From assembly GCA_002347685.1 (NCBI GenBank), contig DDWS01000004.1, positions 64,360 through 128,359 on the forward strand: a stretch of DNA of 64,000 nucleotides, in the 5' to 3' direction. Position numbers and translations under genes: made by a program. The first letter of the stretch is position 1. Each line of letters starts with the position of its first letter. Origin of the DNA: Syntrophaceae bacterium UBA2280 (GTDB taxonomy: Bacteria > Desulfobacterota > Syntrophia > Syntrophales > Smithellaceae). Under the pieces are notes generated by a model, which was not told the origin of the DNA, did no database searches, and worked only from the letters and a program-made list of their open reading frames with translations. This document shows positions 61,003 through 64,000 of the stretch, piece after piece.

Positions 61003-62357
61003 CGCATGAACCATCAGGGCGGACCCGGACCACGATGAACCCACAAATTGACATATCGCGGTATGAGAAACTTCTCAAACGGATGAATCCCATCCGGGTC
61101 AACGGGAAAGTCAGTGAAATTGTCGGTCTGATGGTCGAGGGAAACGGGCCAGCCGCATCGATCGGCGATGTCTGTGGCATCGTTCCCGTCAACGGAGATA
61201 CACCCCTGGAAGCGGAAGTGGTCGGATTCAGAAACGGCCGTGTCCTTTTAATGCCGCTCGAAAGCATCCAGGGCCTGGGGCCGGGCTGTAAAATTCTCTC
61301 CATGGGGCATAAAGCATCCGTCGGTGTCGGACGGGGACTTCTGGGGCGCGTGATTGACGGGAAGGGAAATCCCATCGACAATAAGGGCCCGATCACATAT
61401 CAGGACGAATATCCCATCTATGCCGATCCCATCAATCCGCTGGAACGGGGACGCATTCAGGAACCGATGGATATGGGAATCCGCGCGCTCAACGCGCTGT
61501 TCACCTGTGGCAAGGGCCAGCGCATGGGCATTTTTTCAGGATCCGGCGTCGGGAAAAGCGTTCTCATGGGCATGATCGCATGCAATACCAAGGCGGATGT
61601 CAACGTGATCGGCTTGATCGGTGAGCGGGGCAGGGAGGTTCGCGAGTTTTTAGAAAAGAATCTCGGTGAGGAAGGTCTGGCTCGTTCCGTCGTGGTGGTT
61701 GCCGCATCCGATATGCATCCCCTGATCCGGATGAGGGCCGCCTATGTGGCCACCGCCGTGTCGGAATATTTCCGCGATCAGGGAAACGATGTGCTTTTGA
61801 TGGTGGATTCCCTGACCCGTTTCGCCATGGCACAGAGGGAAATCGGACTTTCGGTGGGAGAGCCGCCGACGACAAAGGGATATACCCCGTCGGTATTCAG
61901 CATGTTGCCGAAACTTCTGGAACGTTCAGGCATTGTGGAGGGCGTGGGCAGCATCACCGGGCTGTACACGATTCTGGTGGAAGGCGATGATTTCAATGAG
62001 CCGATTTCGGACGCGGCCCGGTCAATCCTGGACGGACACATCTCGCTTTCGCGTTCGCTGGCCAACAAAAACCATTATCCGGCCATTGATGTACTGCAAA
62101 GTATCAGCCGTGTGATGATCGACATTGTGGATGATGAGCATAAAAAGAAGGCCAATGATCTGATGAATATTGTCGCCACGTATAAGAAAGCGGAAGATAT
62201 TATCAACATCGGGGCGTATGTGAGCGGTTCCAATCCGGGGATTGATCATGCGGTGAACATGATAGAGAAGGTCAATGCCTTTCTGCGGCAGAATATCGGA
62301 GAGAACATTGGCTTTGGCGAGGCCAGAGAGCAGTTGATGGAACTGCTTCGTGAGTAA
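60999..62357 (+). CDS. fliI: flagellum-specific ATPase FliI
   Basis: It has Walker A (GSGVGKS), the LLMVDSLTRFA segment and the F1-ATPase-like SITGLYTILVEGDD. An alternative ATG is at 61035. Confidence 0.9.
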   Translation: MTHEPSGRTRTTMNPQIDISRYEKLLKRMNPIRVNGKVSEIVGLMVEGNGPAASIGDVCGIVPVNGDTPLEAEVVGFRNGRVLLMPLESIQGLGPGCKILSMGHKASVGVGRGLLGRVIDGKGNPIDNKGPITYQDEYPIYADPINPLERGRIQEPMDMGIRALNALFTCGKGQRMGIFSGSGVGKSVLMGMIACNTKADVNVIGLIGERGREVREFLEKNLGEEGLARSVVVVAASDMHPLIRMRAAYVATAVSEYFRDQGNDVLLMVDSLTRFAMAQREIGLSVGEPPTTKGYTPSVFSMLPKLLERSGIVEGVGSITGLYTILVEGDDFNEPISDAARSILDGHISLSRSLANKNHYPAIDVLQSISRVMIDIVDDEHKKKANDLMNIVATYKKAEDIINIGAYVSGSNPGIDHAVNMIEKVNAFLRQNIGENIGFGEAREQLMELLRE

Positions 62358-62362
62358 GCACC

Positions 62363-62803
62363 ATGTTTAAATTTAAGCTTCAATCCGTGCTTGAATACCG
62401 GATCAATGTTGAAGAGAAAATTCTCGGCGACTATTCCGACATTCGACGCAGGCTGGAAACCGAAAGGGAATTGTTAAATACACTCATCGCCGAGAGGGAA
62501 AGCATGCTCAGTGATTTACGACAGATGCAAAGTACCCTTTTGAGGGCACAGGACATTGCCTCGAGAGTATCATACATAGAGGCAATCCGTCTGAAGGAAC
62601 TCGATCAGATAAACATCATTCAAGAGGTCACAGGCCTTGTGGAGAGCAAAAGAAAAGAATTGGTGGAAGCCGTAAAAAATAGGAAAATCCTGGAAAACTT
62701 AAAGGAACGGCAGTCCGATGAATACCAAAAGACGATGAACGACCTCGAGCAGAAGAGCTCGGACGAAATGTCGGTTCTGAAATTCGGCAGGAGAGAGACA
62801 TGA
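62363..62803 (+). CDS. fliJ: flagellar export chaperone FliJ
   Basis: It is a 146-aa coiled-coil protein directly after fliI. The N-terminus (FKFKLQSVLEYR) is FliJ-like. Confidence 0.7.
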   Translation: MFKFKLQSVLEYRINVEEKILGDYSDIRRRLETERELLNTLIAERESMLSDLRQMQSTLLRAQDIASRVSYIEAIRLKELDQINIIQEVTGLVESKRKELVEAVKNRKILENLKERQSDEYQKTMNDLEQKSSDEMSVLKFGRRET

Positions 62804-63444
62804 AAAAAATAGTTATTGCCATACAGATTGTGGTGCTGATTTTAGCGGTAGTCAAAATCGCTTCGGTTTTCGGCGTGCTGCAGAAAGCCGATGATTGGAC
62901 GTCAGCCGCGTTCGGTCCGGTGCAGGCTTTGGCGCAGCCGGCAGGTGTGCCGGTAGCCGAGAAACCCGTCAAGGAAGTCACGATCGAGGGGCTTTCGACA
63001 ACGCCTCCCGTCGTCAGGGATGCGATGGAGGATACGCTTTCAAAACAAAGAGATCTTGCAGGGGCGCTGGCCGCGCAGAGAGCCGAGCTCGATTTGCGTG
63101 AAAACGCCGTGCGTACCGAGGAGCAGCGGCTGCTTGCGTTGAGAAAAGAGATTGTGGAGAAAATAGATCTGTTAAAAAGCCTGGAGGAAAAAATTGCCGT
63201 ATCGCTCGATGCCGGTCGTGAGCAGGAGATCAAGCGGTATAAAGACATGGCGAAGGTATATGAAGCCACGCCTCCCGCGAAAGCCGGCCCCATGATGGAA
63301 AAACTCGACACCAAAACGGCTGCCGGTATTACCATCAATATGAAACGGGAAAACGCCGGAGCCTTATGGGCTTTCATCAGCCCGCAAAAGGCGGTGGAGA
63401 TCACCCGCGAGATCACCAGGGCGGGGGGATATAAGGACAACTGA
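62800..63444 (+). CDS. MotE/FlbB-like (MgtE_N-type) flagellar accessory protein with an N-terminal TM helix
   Basis: It has a TM start, a coiled-coil middle and a C-terminal segment (Y..M....AA.....D...A..I...M......A..)  resembling the MgtE_N-like flagellar family. Assigned from memory only. Confidence 0.55.
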   Translation: MKKIVIAIQIVVLILAVVKIASVFGVLQKADDWTSAAFGPVQALAQPAGVPVAEKPVKEVTIEGLSTTPPVVRDAMEDTLSKQRDLAGALAAQRAELDLRENAVRTEEQRLLALRKEIVEKIDLLKSLEEKIAVSLDAGREQEIKRYKDMAKVYEATPPAKAGPMMEKLDTKTAAGITINMKRENAGALWAFISPQKAVEITREITRAGGYKDN

Positions 63445-63449
63445 AAAAA

Positions 63450-63504
63450 GTTTCAAGTTTAACGTTTCAAGTTTAAAGTTAACGTTTTAAGTTAAAAAGT
63501 TTCA
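63450..63504. repeat. AT-rich degenerate tandem repeat (GTTTCAAGTTTAA x2, then related GTTAACGTTTTAAGTTAAAAAGTTTCA)
   Basis: Read directly, immediately after the last flagellar gene. Confidence 0.6.
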
Positions 63505-63510
63505 TGTGAT

Positions 63511-63556
63511 GCGTCAGGCGGGTGGACAATGCCTTATCACCCGCCTGACGTTTTTT
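63511..63556 (+). terminator. strong rho-independent terminator
   Basis: GCGTCAGGCGGGTG-gacaatgccttat-CACCCGCCTGACG is followed by TTTTTT. Confidence 0.85.
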
Positions 63557-63558
63557 AG

Positions 63559-63762
63559 CTATCCGATCCCTGTTATGATATTGATTCTGGCGACCCGGCT
63601 TTGCCAGGTCATCATCTAGCGGTCCTCCATGCCAAAGAATTAGAGCGGGGCAATCGCAATCGGGCCACACTGGCCGTCGCCAGAAAAATGGTTGCGTATA
63701 TGCTTGCAGTGGATAAACGAAAAACGGACTTTGCAACTTTAGCCCAAGCCGAGGTTGTCTAA
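63559..63762 (+). pseudogene. C-terminal fragment of a transposase (IS110-family-like), with no start codon
   Basis: The open frame ends ...ERGNRNRATLAVARKMVAYMLAVDKRKTDFATLAQAEVV*. The ATLAVARK(L/M)..Y.L pattern resembles IS110-type C-termini, and no upstream catalytic part is present. Confidence 0.4.
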
Positions 63763-63768
63763 GCTTCA

Positions 63769-63819
63769 ATCCGGTTACACCCGCCATGCTCCACCTGCGG
63801 GCTGCGGGGGTAACCGGAT
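63769..63819. repeat. 14-bp imperfect inverted repeat (ATCCGGTTACACCC / GGGGGTAACCGGAT, 13 of 14) with a 23-nt loop
   Basis: Read directly, just after the transposase-fragment stop. It may be an IS subterminal structure. Confidence 0.45.
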
Positions 63820-64000
63820 CGAAATATAATGTTACCTACAGATGATCTTCCTGCCGGGCCTTGCCGAATTAGGGGACTGCGCCCGTAAAGGAATCGGCGC
63901 CCGTAGAACTGTTTCGAGGCCGGCAGGTTGACCCAAACTCAATCTTCTGCAAGGGTCATTACAAAATCATCATACCTGAGCATGAATGAGACCCTCTGGC

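Noticed and set aside
63450-63504. A CRISPR-like or other regular repeat array.
   Set aside because: There are only two good 14-nt units plus degenerate AT-rich copies, with no spacers and no cas genes. It is better described as a short tandem repeat.

Overview
This 64-kb window is probably from an anaerobic Desulfobacterota-type (deltaproteobacterial) genome. That placement is inferred from gene content only: sigma-54-driven flagellar genes, HdrD-like CCG iron-sulfur proteins and DUF35/thiolase acyl-CoA modules. All calls rest on reading the supplied ORF translations and the DNA; no searches were run.

The window falls into four blocks:
- **Block 1 (1-9.8 kb), lipoate assembly:** lipA (5'-truncated by the window edge), a GcvH-type lipoyl carrier, an LplA ligase fused to a Cys-rich DUF116-like domain, and a geranylgeranyl-reductase-like flavoprotein. 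These are followed by two radical-SAM proteins (LipS1/LipS2-like), a GlcD-like flavoprotein plus an HdrD/GlcF-like CCG protein, and a long transaldolase-family protein.
- **Block 2 (9.8-17.7 kb), accessory stretch that is AT-richer by eye:** GntR/HutC regulator, MBL hydrolase, ferredoxin-nitroreductase and HAD-IB hydrolase. It also holds a decayed IS4-family transposase, a 3' half of tRNA-Met(CAT) with its terminator, an intact TetR, an orphan small protein and a decayed TetR paralogue.
- **Block 3 (17.7-39.3 kb), a large plus-strand acyl-CoA degradation locus:** its parts recall peroxisomal MFE-2/SCPx/AMACR and steroid side-chain (ChsH/Ltp2) chemistry. It includes a 906-aa four-module fusion (HMG-CoA-synthase-like + DUF35 + SDR + SCP2), then a CrtI-like flavoprotein with an FNR-type 2Fe-2S partner.
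- **Block 4 (39.4-63.4 kb), motility:** an NtrC-type activator and a che cluster (cheR-cheD-HDOD-cheY-cheX-cheB-cheA-cheY-cheX) with no cheW or mcp. Next come a pilZ-motA-motB operon, a SPOR/TPR protein, a FlrBC-like two-component pair and flgBC-fliEFGHIJ plus a MotE/FlbB-like gene. The operon ends at a strong terminator followed by a transposase fragment.

I found no rRNA, no intact tRNA and no CRISPR array.

The most interesting observations are:
- CheA carries a tandem 24-aa / 5-aa spacer / 24-aa motif matching the MshEN c-di-GMP-binding signature where the P2 domain normally sits.
- The four-module fusion's thiolase-fold domain appears to lack its nucleophilic Cys.
- The classical (LipA) and LipS-type lipoate routes lie side by side, next to an HdrD-like redox pair.
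- Four exact-spacing sigma-54 promoters share upstream GYGTCAAA elements.
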